From NCBI GenBank assembly GCA_965113315.1, contig OZ220368.1: a stretch of 64,000 bases of DNA; one strand, given 5' to 3'. A model generated the notes under the pieces. That model was not told the origin of the DNA and ran no database searches. It was given only the letters and a program-made list of their open reading frames with translations. Positions 37,200 to 50,136 of the stretch are shown piece by piece. The translations under genes and the position numbers were made by a program. Position 1 is the stretch's first letter. Each line of letters starts with the position of its first letter. This stretch comes from Podarcis vaucheri. Its lineage: Eukaryota.

Positions 37200-38075
37200 A
37201 TAATAGTAATAGTAATCATCATAATAATAATTAATAACCCACCTTTTTCCTTATCAGGGACTCAAGGCAGCTTACAGATAAAATAGGAACAGCTAAAAAC
37301 AGAGAAAATAAAATAATTAAAAACGATTAAACATTAATAGAATTAAAACTATATATAAATTTAAAAGAACTATTAAAAACATACAGATAACTACACTAAA
37401 ACCAGCATGGCGCCAGGCCTTCCCTTAAAAGCAGTCAGTTCCCAAAAGTCTGTTGGAATAAGAAAGGATAACAAGGAGGGAGCCTGTCTAACTTGTCTAG
37501 GGAAGGAGATCCAAAGTCTGGGAGCAGCCACTGAGAAGGCCCTCTGCTGCATCTCTACCAAGCATAGCTGTGAGGGTGGCAGGACTGAGCAAAGTGTCTC
37601 CTCCAGTGGCGTAGCGTGGGGGGTGCCAGGGGTGCCGGCCGCACCGGGCGCAACATTTGGGGGGGCGCGTTTGGCCGGCCCTCCTCAAGGAAGCAGGAAC
37701 CCCACTGTCCTCGGACCTCCTCCGAAGGCTGGCGGTGGGGCGGAGAGACCTTCTCCCCGCGCCAGCCTTCGGAAGGCTGTCCTGAAGACTTGTGGTGGGA
37801 GCAGTGGCGTAGCGTGGGGGGTGCAGGGGGGCCTGCTGCACCTGGCGCAACATCGGGGGGGGGGCGCGGAAGAGACTCGAGTGCTAAAATCCACGGGTTA
37901 GGGGGCGCAAATTACTTGCCTTGCCCCGGGTGCTGAGAACCCACGCTACGCCACTGGTCTCCTCCCTCAGAACCTGGGCAGATTGTATGACAGAATATGG
38001 TCTTTCAGATAGCTTGGACTTCAGTCATGCAGGGCTTTATAGGTCATAACCAGCACTTTGAATGGTGTCCAGAAA
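37200..38075 (-). mobile_element. Older L2 3' fragment interrupted by a hAT element
   Basis: Minus-strand PFKVLVMTYKALH and RAFSVAAPRLWISFP-like L2 ORF2 motifs. Confidence 0.65.
37604..37956. mobile_element. hAT non-autonomous element with a duplicated internal left end at 37802
   Basis: TIR CAGTGGCGTAGCGTGGG / CCCACGCTACGCCACTG. Perfect 8-bp TSD GTCTCCTC at 37596-37603 and 37957-37964. Confidence 0.9.
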
Positions 38076-38864
38076 CAGACCAGTTGCATGCTCCCTACCT
38101 TATAACCCCCAAGGAAAGCTTGAAGCATGGCCAGCAAGGGATATGTCTCAAGGGCTAGACAGAGAGGGCTCCAAGTGCCCCACGCATGGAGTAGGAGAAG
38201 CCTTATGTTTCTTTGCTGCAAGACAGTACCAGGAGTTCTACAGGGAAACGTCAACAAGAGAGTCCCATTGCTGTGTACTGTGTGATGCAGGTCAGTGTGC
38301 TGTTCGCATTAGAGAACCTGTGTACACATACTGATGCAGAGGAAATGGAGCAGCTCAGGCTGCCGTCCAAGAAAGAGGAAAAAGAGAATCTCACGTTAAA
38401 GGAAGAGAATGTGTCTCAGCAGCCAACCTAAGCTCAAAACCACATGCTTCATTTATTCATTATGCTATTTATAGGTTGACTCGTTACAGAAAGTTATCTG
38501 GGCAGCTTACAGCATAAAACATTGAAACATTTAAAAATCACATTACAGTAAAATTGAATAAAACACCAACCTTCCCCAGCTATGATATAGGTGATTCAGA
38601 AGATCTGCTTCCTGCTAACTCTCCTGTACACCAGTTTCAAATATCTATGGATTTAATTCTGGCCCTTTCACTATAATGACATAACACAGAGAGCTAGCTA
38701 CCATACTGGAGAGACCTAAAAAGAATCCTGTTATCCTGAAACAATATAATAGTTCATTGAGTATACTGTCTACATTGGGTACTTAGGACTTAGAATCATA
38801 GAACTGTAGAGCTGAAAGGTGTCCTGAGGGTTCTAGTCCAACCCCCTACAATGCAAGAATCTCA

Positions 38865-39130
38865 ACTAAACGGCCTCGGTCCAGTATACCTGAAGGAGCG
38901 TCTCCACCCCCATCATTCTGCCCGGACGCTGAGGTCCAGCGCCGAGGGCCTTCTGGCGGTTCCCTCATTGCGAGAAGCAAAGCTACAGGGAACCAGGCAG
39001 AGGGCCTTCTCGGTAGTGGCGCCCGCCCTGTGGAACGCCCTTCCAGCAGATGTCAAAGCGATAAACAACTACCTGACATTCAGGAGACATCTTAAGGCAG
39101 CCCTGTTCAGGGAAGTTTTTAACGTGTGAT
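38865..39130 (+). mobile_element. L2 LINE ORF2 C-terminal fragment lacking the 3' UTR
   Basis: LNGLGPVYLKERL...RAFSVVAPALWNALP...FRRHLKAALF, near-identical to the 49.0-49.3 kb copy. Confidence 0.85.
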
Positions 39131-41605
39131 ATTAAGCATCCATGACTGATTGCAACCCAACCTCTGCTAAAAAATCTCCCATGTCACTCATTGAATTGAT
39201 ACCTTTTACCACATGGGCTGCTGATTCAGGTTGGGACCCACTGCTTGCCCCATGGGTGTTGAAAAGCCCGCCTTTTCTTCCAGAGACACTATCATTGCCA
39301 GAGTCGGAGCCAGCAAAAAGCTCAAGCTTAGACATTGAGCACCTGACATTCTGTACCATAGCATGGCACCCAGTACTTTGAATCAGCCTTTGCCTACTTG
39401 GTGCCCTTCAGATGGTTAGGACTACAACTCCCATTGACTAGGGCTGATGGGAGTTGTAGTCCAAAATATCTAAGATGGCACCGGTTTGGCAAAGGCAGCC
39501 CTAAATCCTATGCCTAGAAATAGAGATAACATCAGAGTTTGGAGATCTTCACCCTCTTGAAGGCCCATAAGAGTTCACAGCAAGCAGTGGGGTAGTGTTG
39601 AAGATCAACTCCCTTTCCTTATAGCTAAATATTCATTGAGATCCAAAAGACCGCTGATGCCCTAACCATGGCTTTTGTTGAGAAGCTATTTTGCAAACTG
39701 GGGGACTCGACATGCGAGGACGATGGAAGAAACTGCCAGCTGAGAAATGCTGGGCTGTCACCTCCATCTCAGAGTCAGCTGCACCGCAAAGGCTGACACA
39801 ATTTTGACAGCATCGGCGTTGAGTCTGTTTTTAGCTGTCCTTCTAAGCTTTCTCTCAAATCAGCTTTATGAAGGCGCCAATAAGCACTCTTGCTCAAATT
39901 CCATTCTGTGCACACCCTGGTTCACCAAATAATCAAATCTACGCAAGGGGCAGGGGCAGCCCATCCTGCTCCTCCACCTGAGGCAAAATGGGAAGGTGCA
40001 GCAGCCAATTTCAGGGTATGACCCACAATCAGAGCTGGCTGGCATCAGCACCTGGCATCATTGGTCAGCTGCCAGGGCCCAAGCAGTTTGGCAGAACCCA
40101 CTATTATGGTCCACCCTGCACCTCTATTAAAAATTCCTGACGTGGCACTCCAAGCATTGTCAGGAAGGATCTAGCCAACCCTTTCATTTTTGACAGTGTC
40201 CCTGACAGTGTCAGTCTGGGGCACTGTGGGAAATTAAAAGTGTGGCTGGACACAGCTGCCAGGTGCTGTACAGAGCATTGCCTCCACAGTCTGATAAGCC
40301 CACCAGGCTTCCAGAGGAATGGGGTCTCACTTCATCTGAACCCCCCCTCAAGCCTTAAACCTGTGCTGCCTACAGTGCACTGTTCTCTCAGTCAAAGTTG
40401 ATGGGGTCACAACAGTTTTGGGGCTCCTGGGAGCACCAACAGTGACTAAGAATAGGCACTCATTTCTTGTTTTGCCTTCTTTGCACATTAGATTTTAGAT
40501 GGTGACTTGGTCTCCTTCCTAACAATATGCCTGAGGGCAGTGAACTAGAGAGGAAAGAGAAGGAACACATGTATGTTAGAGGGTTGGGAGGGGGGTGAAT
40601 GCAATGACCTGATTTTGTTGGCAGTGCTGCAGCAAAGTACTCTTTGTGCCTGATAAGGCCCATGAGCTCAGTTTAAATGGCTGCTGCTGCACTTGGTCAG
40701 AATGAATGTAAGCCTGGGACACAACATTTTAGCTTAGCTTAGTTCTGTTCAAGGCATGTGTTTTACTGAAATGCTTTCCCAAAGATGGATGGGTTTTCCA
40801 AATGGAAATCTCATTGAGAAACAATGAAAGGAGCCCATTGGCCTGGAGATGCACAGGAATGGTTGTGTGTCCCAGGCTACCTTGCATCACAGTTCTGGCC
40901 CAGAGAAAATCAATGTCTGCATATTTTTATGCTTGGAATTCAAGGGGTCTGCCATGAGCTCTTATACTAAAATTCCAAATGTCTTAATTTTGCAAGGGAT
41001 GGACAGGACACTCTTGTTGCTGGAGGGTGTTGTGTTGGATTATTGTGAAAAGGTTTGCTGCTATGACTTTGCCCTAAAGCAAGAGCTGATCATAGTGTGG
41101 AATCAGACAAAAGTGTATTCCTGTTCTTCCATAGTCAGTTGATGCTTCTTTATGAGAGCTGGTTGTTAGAAGCTAGTTTGTTGATACAGAGATAGGTTTT
41201 GGGATGGGGAAGGTGGCAAGTCCCACCACCACCCAGCTTAGGTTTTAAAGAATAACATTGGTTTATAGCAGATCTAAACAGTGCTTGGAAGCTGTAGTTC
41301 AGCGGTAAAGATTGGATTTCCCTGGGAGAAAGCAATGGGACAAGTGGAAGTTTGGAGGAGTCCTACTGTAAGTGGCTGGTCCTGGAATGAGCAACCTTGT
41401 CACTGACAGATTGGAGAAGGGGCACATGATCTGCCATGCCTCCAATCTGAGCAATGACAATTGGATCCTTCTGCTCATGAGCTCATCAGAACTGATGGGG
41501 AGGTGGATCCAGCGCAGATAGATCTAGCAAAATATTTTAGAGTGTTGAGCTGGGCTTAGCATGTCATTCACATGTCTATATTGCAACTGAGCACATGATC
41601 TATTA

Positions 41606-41831
41606 CAGTGGTACTTCAGGTTAAGAGCTTAATTCGTTCTGGAGGTCTGTTCTTAACCTGAAACTGTTCTTAACCTGAGGTACCACTTTAGCTAATGGGG
41701 CCTCCCACTGCCGCCTTGCTGCCACCTCACAATTTCTGTTCTCATCCTGAAGCAAAGTTCTTAACCCGGGGTACTATTTCTGGGTTAGTGGAGTCTGTAA
41801 CCTGAAGTGTCTGTAACCCGAGGTACCACTG
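41606..41831. mobile_element. Tigger-like MITE
   Basis: TA|CAGTGGTACTTC ... GAGGTACCACTG|TA. Confidence 0.85.
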
Positions 41832-41833
41832 TA

Positions 41834-41969
41834 CAGGCATAGGCAAACTCCGGCCTTCCAGATGTTTGGGACTACAATTCCCATCATCCCTAGCTAACAG
41901 GACCAGTGATCAGGGATGATGGGAATTGTAGTCCCAAACATCTGGAGGGCCAGAGTTTGCCTATGCCTG
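41834..41969. mobile_element. Palindromic hAT MITE
   Basis: TIR CAGGCATAGGCAAACTC / GAGTTTGCCTATGCCTG. 8-bp TSD ATCTATTA at 41598-41605 and 41970-41977. Confidence 0.85.
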
Positions 41970-43635
41970 ATCTATTATAATGCAAAGGTTTTCCAGGATG
42001 TGGGAAACCATAATCTGCACACATGTAGCAATCCTGGATCAGAAAGTCAATCTGTGCGGGGACAGAAAGTTGTGCACATAACTCTCAGTTTCAGTGTTTG
42101 TGAGGCGCATACATGCTAGCATAATCAGGTGTGTGTGAAATGTACTTCATTAGAAAGTGTGTTTTCCTAGATTCTAACCCCTCATGGATTCTCAAGGAAA
42201 ATCAGTTGCCCAAATCACAATCTGAGAGGTTCTATGTAGGCTTCTGTTCTTCACTGCATTCACTTTAATTCAAGTCTCAATATATTTTTGGTGCATGTAA
42301 TTTTACCTGTGGCTGAAATCCACCATGGTGGTTGTACTCTCACATCAATACATCAATGCTTAGTCATTATCATGGAATATTTTCTTCAAGGCTGCACTGC
42401 AGCATGGGGGTTGTATTCAAACGGTGTAAGTATTTAGCCATTCTAGTGGATTTGGGAATATGTGCTCACAATTTTAAGCAGGACTTGTCATGAAAAGGTT
42501 GTTCTGAGATTTGACAAGGAGTGGCCTGGTGGCACACAAGGATTAATAAGATGAGAATGATGATATTGCAAGAATTCATAATGCTTGTTGCCATGGCGCT
42601 AGAAAACACTCCTTGGATGAGCATGTAGCACATACGACTAAAGTGAGGTGGGTTTTGCTAAGTGTATTCTGCAAATTGTAGTCCACTAACCTTTACCCAG
42701 AGTGGAACCACTGAAATCAATGGACCTAAGTTAAACATGGTCATTAGTTTCAATGGGTCTACTCTGAATAAAAGTTAGTTGAATACAACCAAAAATTCTG
42801 TTCCATTTTGATGGAACTGAGAATTTTAAATCAAATTCTCCCTTTGCTGGATTTGTCAGTAACACAGTGTCTGCCTTTGCTTCACATCCTTTGCTCTTAA
42901 TTGGTTGGAGTTGATGCACTTTATACCTATATAAAATCCTGAGAGAGTTTTTGCCAGCAAGGGGTTTTTGGAGCAGGTTTCTGATTAGTCCTGTCTGTCG
43001 GTCTGTCTGTCTGTCCCTGCTCTACTGAGCCTCACACCTATTTCTTTTCTCCACCTTCTATTATTCACTCGATATCATCCTGAATTCTTGCCTCTGGACT
43101 AGCCTGGCTATTGCTGTGTGACTCCAGCTAATTCTCAGGTGTGGGTGTAGCCTCTGTTTACCCCTTTCCTGCAGACTGATTAGTGCCTTTTCTAACAGTA
43201 ACTTCCACTGAACCCATTTGGGATGGAAGGTCATTATCACCTTGCAGCTACGCTGAGCTGATTTGCACTAAGGTGACCCCTCACCTCTGTGCTGTTCTAA
43301 GCACTCAGAAAAGGATTGGGCTGCTTGCTGGGTTTCAGATGGAAGCCTGTTTCAAGCAAGCTCTCAAGCACCGAAGAGATGGAAGAATAAATGGAAGCAC
43401 TTCTGTTTCTGTCAGCAAGCCCTTCAAGCATACCTTGATCTCATGTTTTTAATAAGCAGACAGAGGTTCAAGGACTATTATCTTCCTGCTATTCAAACAT
43501 CCCGACTCAATCTTGAGACCAATTAAGGGACTGATTTAAAATAAGGAGATTTTTAAATAAGGAAAATAAACTAGAAAGGTAGGCATTGGAAGCTCTTGTA
43601 TTTTCCTTTGTCTTTCTAATCTTTGTTTACATTTG

Positions 43636-45796
43636 TTTTTTTAAAAATAATAATATTTATTAGTAATTTATAGAATTATAAGAAGAAGAAAAAACATTAA
43701 AAAGCAACACTGTAATAGACAAGAAGGAAAAAAGGAAAAAACACAAAAACCAATACAACAATACAGCAAAAAGATAAAAAGAAAAAAGAAAACAACACAA
43801 ATCCCAGATTACATATCTAAAACTTCCATTTGCTTGTTTCATTGACTTCCTCACACCTCCATTTTTGTATTCTAGTTTAATTAGTTATTTCAGCAAATTC
43901 TTTCCATCTTTCTCAATTTTTGTTAAAAAAATTATCCTAACCTAATTTAATCTAATAATTAACTCAACCAATCCTTTCCATCTTTCCCCATATTCTATTA
44001 TTCACATTACCTTAATTAATTTAACCTTATCTTACCCTAAAACACCTTAAAGCTTGAATCTTAGTTATCAAATATACATTACTTCTGATATCATTTCTGC
44101 TAAAGTCATATAGTTTCATTCCAACATTTTCCCTAGTGTTCATTAATTTTTAGCCAATTCCCCAAATAGAAAATTTTCTTTATAAATTTTCTTCCAATCT
44201 TCATCCAACGTCCCTTCTTCCTGGTCTCGGATCATGTCAGTCCTTACTGTCCATTCCATCTAGTCCATCAACCTGGAAGCCTTATGTCCGAGGCCCTTAA
44301 GTCTTTTCCATGTCCCTTCTGCAATTCTTCTTCTTCTTGTTTATGCTTGCCCTTTTCCTTGTCTTTTGTTGGTCTTTTTCTTAGTTTCTTTCCTTTCTCA
44401 TTGAGGGGGTAGGCCTCTGGGGGATTCCAAGCCAAAATTGTCTCCATCTCCCTTCATCAAACCTGCCCATTCCCCACAGTCCCACTCCCCACAATCCTCA
44501 ATATAGTCCAAAAAGTATTTAAAAGCATATTCCAAGGTCTCTCCAACGTTGGGAACCTCCTCAATTCCAGACGCCCCCTGGCCCTCTCCAACTTCAACCT
44601 TCAATGACAACGGCTCATACTCCTGTAGGGCCTCGGGACTCTCCATTTGTATTATTTGGGGTGCAACCGCATCCTCCTCCATTATCTTCTGCACTTGCCC
44701 AGTCAGTACAGATTCATGAGTTGATCCCTGGATAATTTCTGTATCAATATTCCCTATTTGCCCACAGTTATTAACTGCAACATTCAAATCCATTTTCTCA
44801 TTCATCAAGTCCATCTTCTCATGCATCTGTTCCAGCAGGGCGCTTGTCTTGCATAAGGCAAGCACCCATTCTTCTTTCCAACTCATCTTTAGTCAAGGTC
44901 AGAAAAGCCTGTTCCCACGGTCTTAATCTCACATCTGTTGAGCCCTCAAATGTACTGCAGCAACAATTTGACAAGCTCCCTCTAGAGGAGGCAATTTCTA
45001 TTTGTATCCATTTTTTTTAAGCAAGTCCAACAAAGGAAAATTACTTTCGTTTTTCAGATATTTTTCAGATATTTTGTTTCTTTAAAATGCAAAAGGCAAC
45101 ATTGGAATCAGCTTGTTTCTCTTCTTTAGCAATCTATCAAAGTATCCCATTGACAGTCAATGAACCTCTCCAACAATTTCTGTCTCTGACATCCCGTTCC
45201 CAGGTTAGAGACGGTGCAAACTTATCCTTCTTCACTCCCTCTCCTGCTAGGGTTGAACAAAGTTTTCCCCCTTTTCTCCTGCTTCCAAGGGGGTTTCAGT
45301 AAATCTACATGAAGGAAATTTAGACTTTTTGGACAGCTTTCCAGGCTTTAGCTTACAAAGTTTTTGCTTTAGTCTATATACAAAAAGCGGAAGGCAGACT
45401 TCCTGTTTTGAATCTTCCCGCTTTGTTACCAAATTAAGAAATTTCTTGATCCAATTTTCCGTTTCTACTTACGGGTACTTGTTTTAAATCCAATTGTCCA
45501 CAGGAAAAAGTCAGCGCTCTCCGGCAATGGCTGTGCGGCTTCACTCCGTGAAAGTAGCAGTCAGTTCGCAGCACCGCGCTTCTCACCCCACTTCGCTCCG
45601 GAGTCCCTAAATGGGATTCCCTGCGAGTAGGGGGGTTCTCCTGGTGCCCTGCCGAACCCCACGTTCCCAGGCTTCCTCCACCTGGGATTTCTAGCGGGTC
45701 CCCACCTTCGCCGCGGCGGGAAGACCCAGTTTCCACGGAGCCCGTTCCTCCGAACGGAGGGACTCCGCCATTCACCGATGGCGCTGACCCGGAAGT
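43636..45796 (-). mobile_element. Non-autonomous, internally deleted L1-clade element with both termini (HAL1-like)
   Basis: 20-bp TSD CTAATCTTTGTTTACATTTG at 43616-43635 and 45797-45816. CpG-rich 5' end ACTTCCGGGTCAGCGCCAT. ORF2 C-terminal remnant (MIRDQEEGTLDEDWKKI) near 44180-44270. AATAAA (43656-43661) and short A tail. Confidence 0.8.
44398..44886 (-). CDS. 162-aa acidic ORF inside the L1 derivative, possibly ORF1-related; function unknown
   Basis: ATG-initiated open frame in the element's sense orientation, with a heptad-like N-terminus (LLEQMHEKMDLMNEKMDL). Confidence 0.35.
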   Translation of the reverse strand: MSWKEEWVLALCKTSALLEQMHEKMDLMNEKMDLNVAVNNCGQIGNIDTEIIQGSTHESVLTGQVQKIMEEDAVAPQIIQMESPEALQEYEPLSLKVEVGEGQGASGIEEVPNVGETLEYAFKYFLDYIEDCGEWDCGEWAGLMKGDGDNFGLESPRGLPPQ

Positions 45797-45814
45797 CTAA
45801 TCTTTGTTTACATT

Positions 45815-46097
45815 TGAGTGCTCACTGGAAGGACAGATCCTGAAGCTGAGACTCCAATACTTTGGCCACCTCATGAGAAGAGAAGACTCCCTGGAAAAGA
45901 CCCTGATGTTGGGAAAGATTGAGGGCACAAGGAGAAGGGGATGACAGAGGATGAGATGGTTGGATAGTGTTCTCAAAGCTACTAGCATGAGTTTGACCAA
46001 ACTGCAGGAGGCAGTGGAAGACAGGAGTGCCTGGTGTGCTCTGGTCCATGGGGTCCCGAAGATTAGTCGTGGGGTCACGACTAAACAACAACAACAA
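45815..46097 (+). mobile_element. BovB 3' fragment with an in-frame stop
   Basis: Near-identical to 28460-28737, with a (CAA)n tail. Confidence 0.9.
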
Positions 46098-46474
46098 TGC
46101 TTCCAAGCTTTACTCCAAAAAATAGGAGAAAATGCCCACAGGCACCCTAGGATTCTTCAGAGTTCAACTTACAACGGAGCAGAAAGCTTTTTATTTCATA
46201 AACCGCCCTGTGATCCTCAGATGAAGAGTGGTATAGACATCCAGGACTCCACTTGGCAGAATAAGCTGGTGGGGCTATTGTAGGCTGGCTTCCACATGCT
46301 GAAATAAGTCATATACAGTACTGTAATGCATTGGTTGTGAGTTTGTGGGTGCCCCAACTCCCTTAAACTCATGGGTTCCAAATTCTCCCCTAATTTATCG
46401 CATCTAATGGGTGTTGGAGTTAAAAAAATTCTTGGAGTAATAGCATGGGCTGCCAGATGCTGGATTTAGCAAAG

Positions 46475-46991
46475 TGTTAAAATACAAGCCAAACCAGTTT
46501 TCCATTCAGGAAATTGCCTGGGAGAAGAGTCATTGTGGAGAACAAAAGGCAAGACGATGAGCCATTCAGAAGGCAAAGTCTGTGCCAGTCAGCAAGAGAA
46601 AAGGGCTTCTCCCCTCAACTCCGGATTAGTTAGCAGGATAAAGGCCAAAGCTGGAAAGAGTGTTGTTTAGGATTGCAGTTGGCTGGGATGTGAACTGGGA
46701 GAGAAAAGGGAAAGTCTGTAAAATGCAGCAAGCTGGAGCAGTGGGACACAGAGCCATGGTAGATTTCTGCTGGCCTTCAAGACTGAGGACATGGAAGAAG
46801 CAAGAACTGCTTGGAGTGTAATGATGTGAGCCCCTCCATCATAGGCTCAGGTTGTATATATGTGTAAATAAGACATATATGATAAAGACACCACAGTCTC
46901 CACTGTGCCTCATGTTCAGAGGAAACACGAACCCTGGGTAAGCACCTGGAGCTCTGGAATTTCACACTGCTCACAGATTGGGGTGGTTACA
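46475..46991 (+). mobile_element. Possible solo LTR
   Basis: TGT...ACA ends and a poly(A)-signal-like GTAAATAAG segment. No TSD found. Confidence 0.3.
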
Positions 46992-48929
46992 TCTCAGGAG
47001 GGCCCCATCCCATCAGACCATTAAGTCCGGGATAGAAAAATACCCAACTACACCACTATGAAATTCAGATGCAGGAAGATGTTGTTGATAAGAGCATATT
47101 TTGCATAGAGACTAACATCTACAAAAGCTAGCATTCTAGTAAAGGAACTTCCAGTGGACTTTTAGGTGATGTATTAAGTAAGCAAAACTGTTTAGTGTTA
47201 AGGAAATCAAAACAGCTAATTTTATCCTTGCATTTCTCTCTCTCTTTAAATAAATATTATTTAATTGTTTTGTTTAAGATGTGTTAAGGTAGATAATATA
47301 TAAGAAGTGTGGTTGGACATCCTTTGAAGTACAGCGACTGACTTCTGCTTCTCCCCAAATCCATCACTCTGAGACCCAAATGCTTTGCACTCACACACCT
47401 TTGTGCAACTTCTGTTTATCCAGAAAGTAAAAGCTGTTGGACGTGTTTACGCTGCAACTTTACTATTCCATAATAAGCACCACCAGATTCATTGTGACAC
47501 TAAACATTCCATTAAGCATTCTTAGGTTTGGAGAAGTCAGGGCCAAACTAATTTGCTGGCAGCAGATCTGTGTGTTTAAATCCAGACTAGCTGTAATTAT
47601 GTAGAAAGCAGGGGTCCGATTTAAGTCTTCCCTGCTATGGTGAGATGTATTTCTGCTTAAATTATACTAATTGCTTCTAAATTTCCATCTGTCCATATTC
47701 TTTGGAATGTGAAAATATTACCTCCCCAACCCCCCCGCTTTCTAATGATGCATAACTAGTACTCCGATCTCACCTGCCCTTCCTCTTCCCCTTTGGCTTT
47801 AAAATCATTCCCTGTCTCTCACTTTCTACCTGATTTCAGTTGATCCAGGGTTCAACACATGAATCTGTGGCTATCCAGTCCAATTTGGCCCTTTACTGAC
47901 TTGTACATTCTACAGAAGAAGCCAATGCAGTCCAGGCTGTTGAAGAGTCAATAAATTCAGCACACCTCTATGGAAAAGAGCCTTTAGGCTACAACCTATA
48001 AGCACTTGCTTGGCAAAAGCCCCCATTGAACTCACCGGGGCATACTTCTGAGTAGTACACCATTAGCTACCTGTGATTGTGGGGAGGTGTTCAAGCTGTG
48101 GTCCCTGCAATAAGAATAGGTGTCCCACCCTCTTCAAGGCCATTAAATGGTGGGGGAGGGCTGACTCTTCCCATGCTTTTACTTCATGTTTTTGTGTGCA
48201 TTCTTAACTGTAAAAACAGTTTCAGGCAATCAGAGATGCAGGGCAAACACAATGAAAAGCACATCAACTCGGATTTCTATGCTTTTTAACCTCCAGAGTG
48301 GAGTTTTTGAATCTCTCCAGTGATAAGACGTGCAAGCTGTCTCCAAGCTGAGGATGTTACTAATCACTGTTAGGGTGGCCACTTACTCACTGCCAACAAG
48401 GAGAGACAAAGGGTGTGTGTGTGTAGATTTTCATACAAATTGTACATACACATTTTTGTATGTAGGTACAAATTTAGAAGTAATTACTATAATTTAAATA
48501 GAAATGCACCTGATCAGGCTTGCTTCCAGAGGGTCACTGTTTTGGGGTGAGATTCAATTCAGATTGCCAGCAAATTCAGGTTGCACAATTAAAGCTGATT
48601 TGGAGCTTTTCCACTGCAAACTTCCTTCCCCAAAAGATTGGACTTTTCGCAATAAGGAATGTGATGGGGAAAAGCACTGAAGAGTGCGGGATGACACCTG
48701 TTAGTTGCAACATCATCTAACCTCCCCACAAGCAAATAAGAATGAATGCTAAATAAATTGCTGTCATCTTTTAACCTCCCTGCAAAGAAATCAGGTTGAA
48801 GGCTCAATAAACAGGTTGTACGGATGCAGCCTAGGTGACCTCTGTGTGTCGGCTGCCCAGATGCTCATTGAACTTGGACCAGGCAACCCTTCAAATAAAG
48901 GTCTCCTTCAGATAGTCATCTGAGGACTA

Positions 48930-49365
48930 TCCACATAACACCGGTCTTGAAAGACCTACATTGGCTCCCAGTACGTTTCCGAGCACAATTCAAAGTGCTG
49001 GTGTTGACCTTTAAAGCCCTAAACGGCTTCGGCCCAGTATACCTGAAGGAGTGTCTCCACCCCCATCGTTCTGCCCGGACACTGAGGTCCAGCGCCGAGG
49101 GCCTTCTGGCGGTTCCCTCATTACGAGAAGCAAAGCTACAGGGAACCAGGCAGAGGGCCTTTTCGGTGGTGGCGCCCGCCCTGTGGAATGCCCTCCCATT
49201 GGATGTCAAGGTGATGGACAACTACCTGACATTCAGAAGACATCTTAAGGCGGCCCTATTCAGGGAAGCTTTTAATGTATGATATTTTAGTGTTTTTTGG
49301 TTTCTGTGGAAGCCGCCCAGAGTGGCTGGGGAAACCCAGCCAGATGGGCGGGGTACAAATAATAA

Positions 49366-49411
<46 letters not shown>
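48930..49411 (+). mobile_element. L2 LINE 3' fragment with 3' UTR and (TTA)n tail
   Basis: HITPVLKDLHWLPVRFRAQFKVLVLTFKALNG...LWNALP. Confidence 0.9.
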
Positions 49412-49412
<1 letters not shown>

Positions 49413-49876
49413 CCTTGGGCAACCCTTCGAATAGAGGTCTGTCCTGTGTAGGCCATGTATCCACCCTAATCAATTAATTTCCAAGTACCTTAACAACCTC
49501 ACACTACACTTTGTTTATGGTGCATGGATGGTGTGAGGACATCACATGTGACCCAGGCAGCCACTGGGAGTGCAACTGGGTCAATTCACTTGCAAACAGT
49601 TTGGAGTGGTGCACCCAACTGTGATCTGAGCTCACTCATAAGTCAGCCTCCATTTCCCGTTCACCTCAAAGTGCATTGCCCTGGAAAAAGAAACAAGAAT
49701 GTCAATACTAGCTCATCTGAATCTTCCCCAAGTACAGAAGCTGTGGGTGGGAAGTCAGAGAGGTGCAGACATTCAGATCATCCAGTTCCACCATGTATGT
49801 AAGTGTCCTTGGCAGGAGGAATATTCAGGACACCAGAAGTAATATCTGAACCATTTTCAAATCACTACAGATTTTT

Positions 49877-50136
49877 AGTGTGGTGTAGTGTGGTGTAGTG
49901 GTTAAGAGCGGTAGTCATGTAATCTGGGAAACCGGGTTCGTGTCTCTGCTCCTCCACCTGCAGCTGCTGGGTGACCTTGGGCTAGTCACACTTCTGTGAA
50001 GTCTCTCAGCCCCACTCACCTCACAGAGTGTTTGTTGTGGGGGAGGAAGGGAAAGGGAGAATGTTAGCCGCTTTGAGACTCCTGAAGGGGAGTGAAAGGC
50101 GGGATATCAAATCCAAACTCTTCTTCTTCTTCTTCT
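49877..50136 (+). mobile_element. tRNA-derived CORE-type SINE (Squam3-like) with (CTT)n tail
   Basis: A-box TGGTGTAGTGG, B-box GGTTCG, CORE-like GCTGGGTGACCTTGGGCTAGTCAC. Confidence 0.8.

Noticed and set aside
39620-39800. Plus-strand exon-like segment after CCTTATAG
   Set aside because: The long frame has a stop immediately after the acceptor and no homology was recognised
48882-49440. 23-bp imperfect direct repeats flanking the L2 as its TSD
   Set aside because: They are not adjacent to the element ends and have 2 mismatches, so they are likely pre-existing repeats
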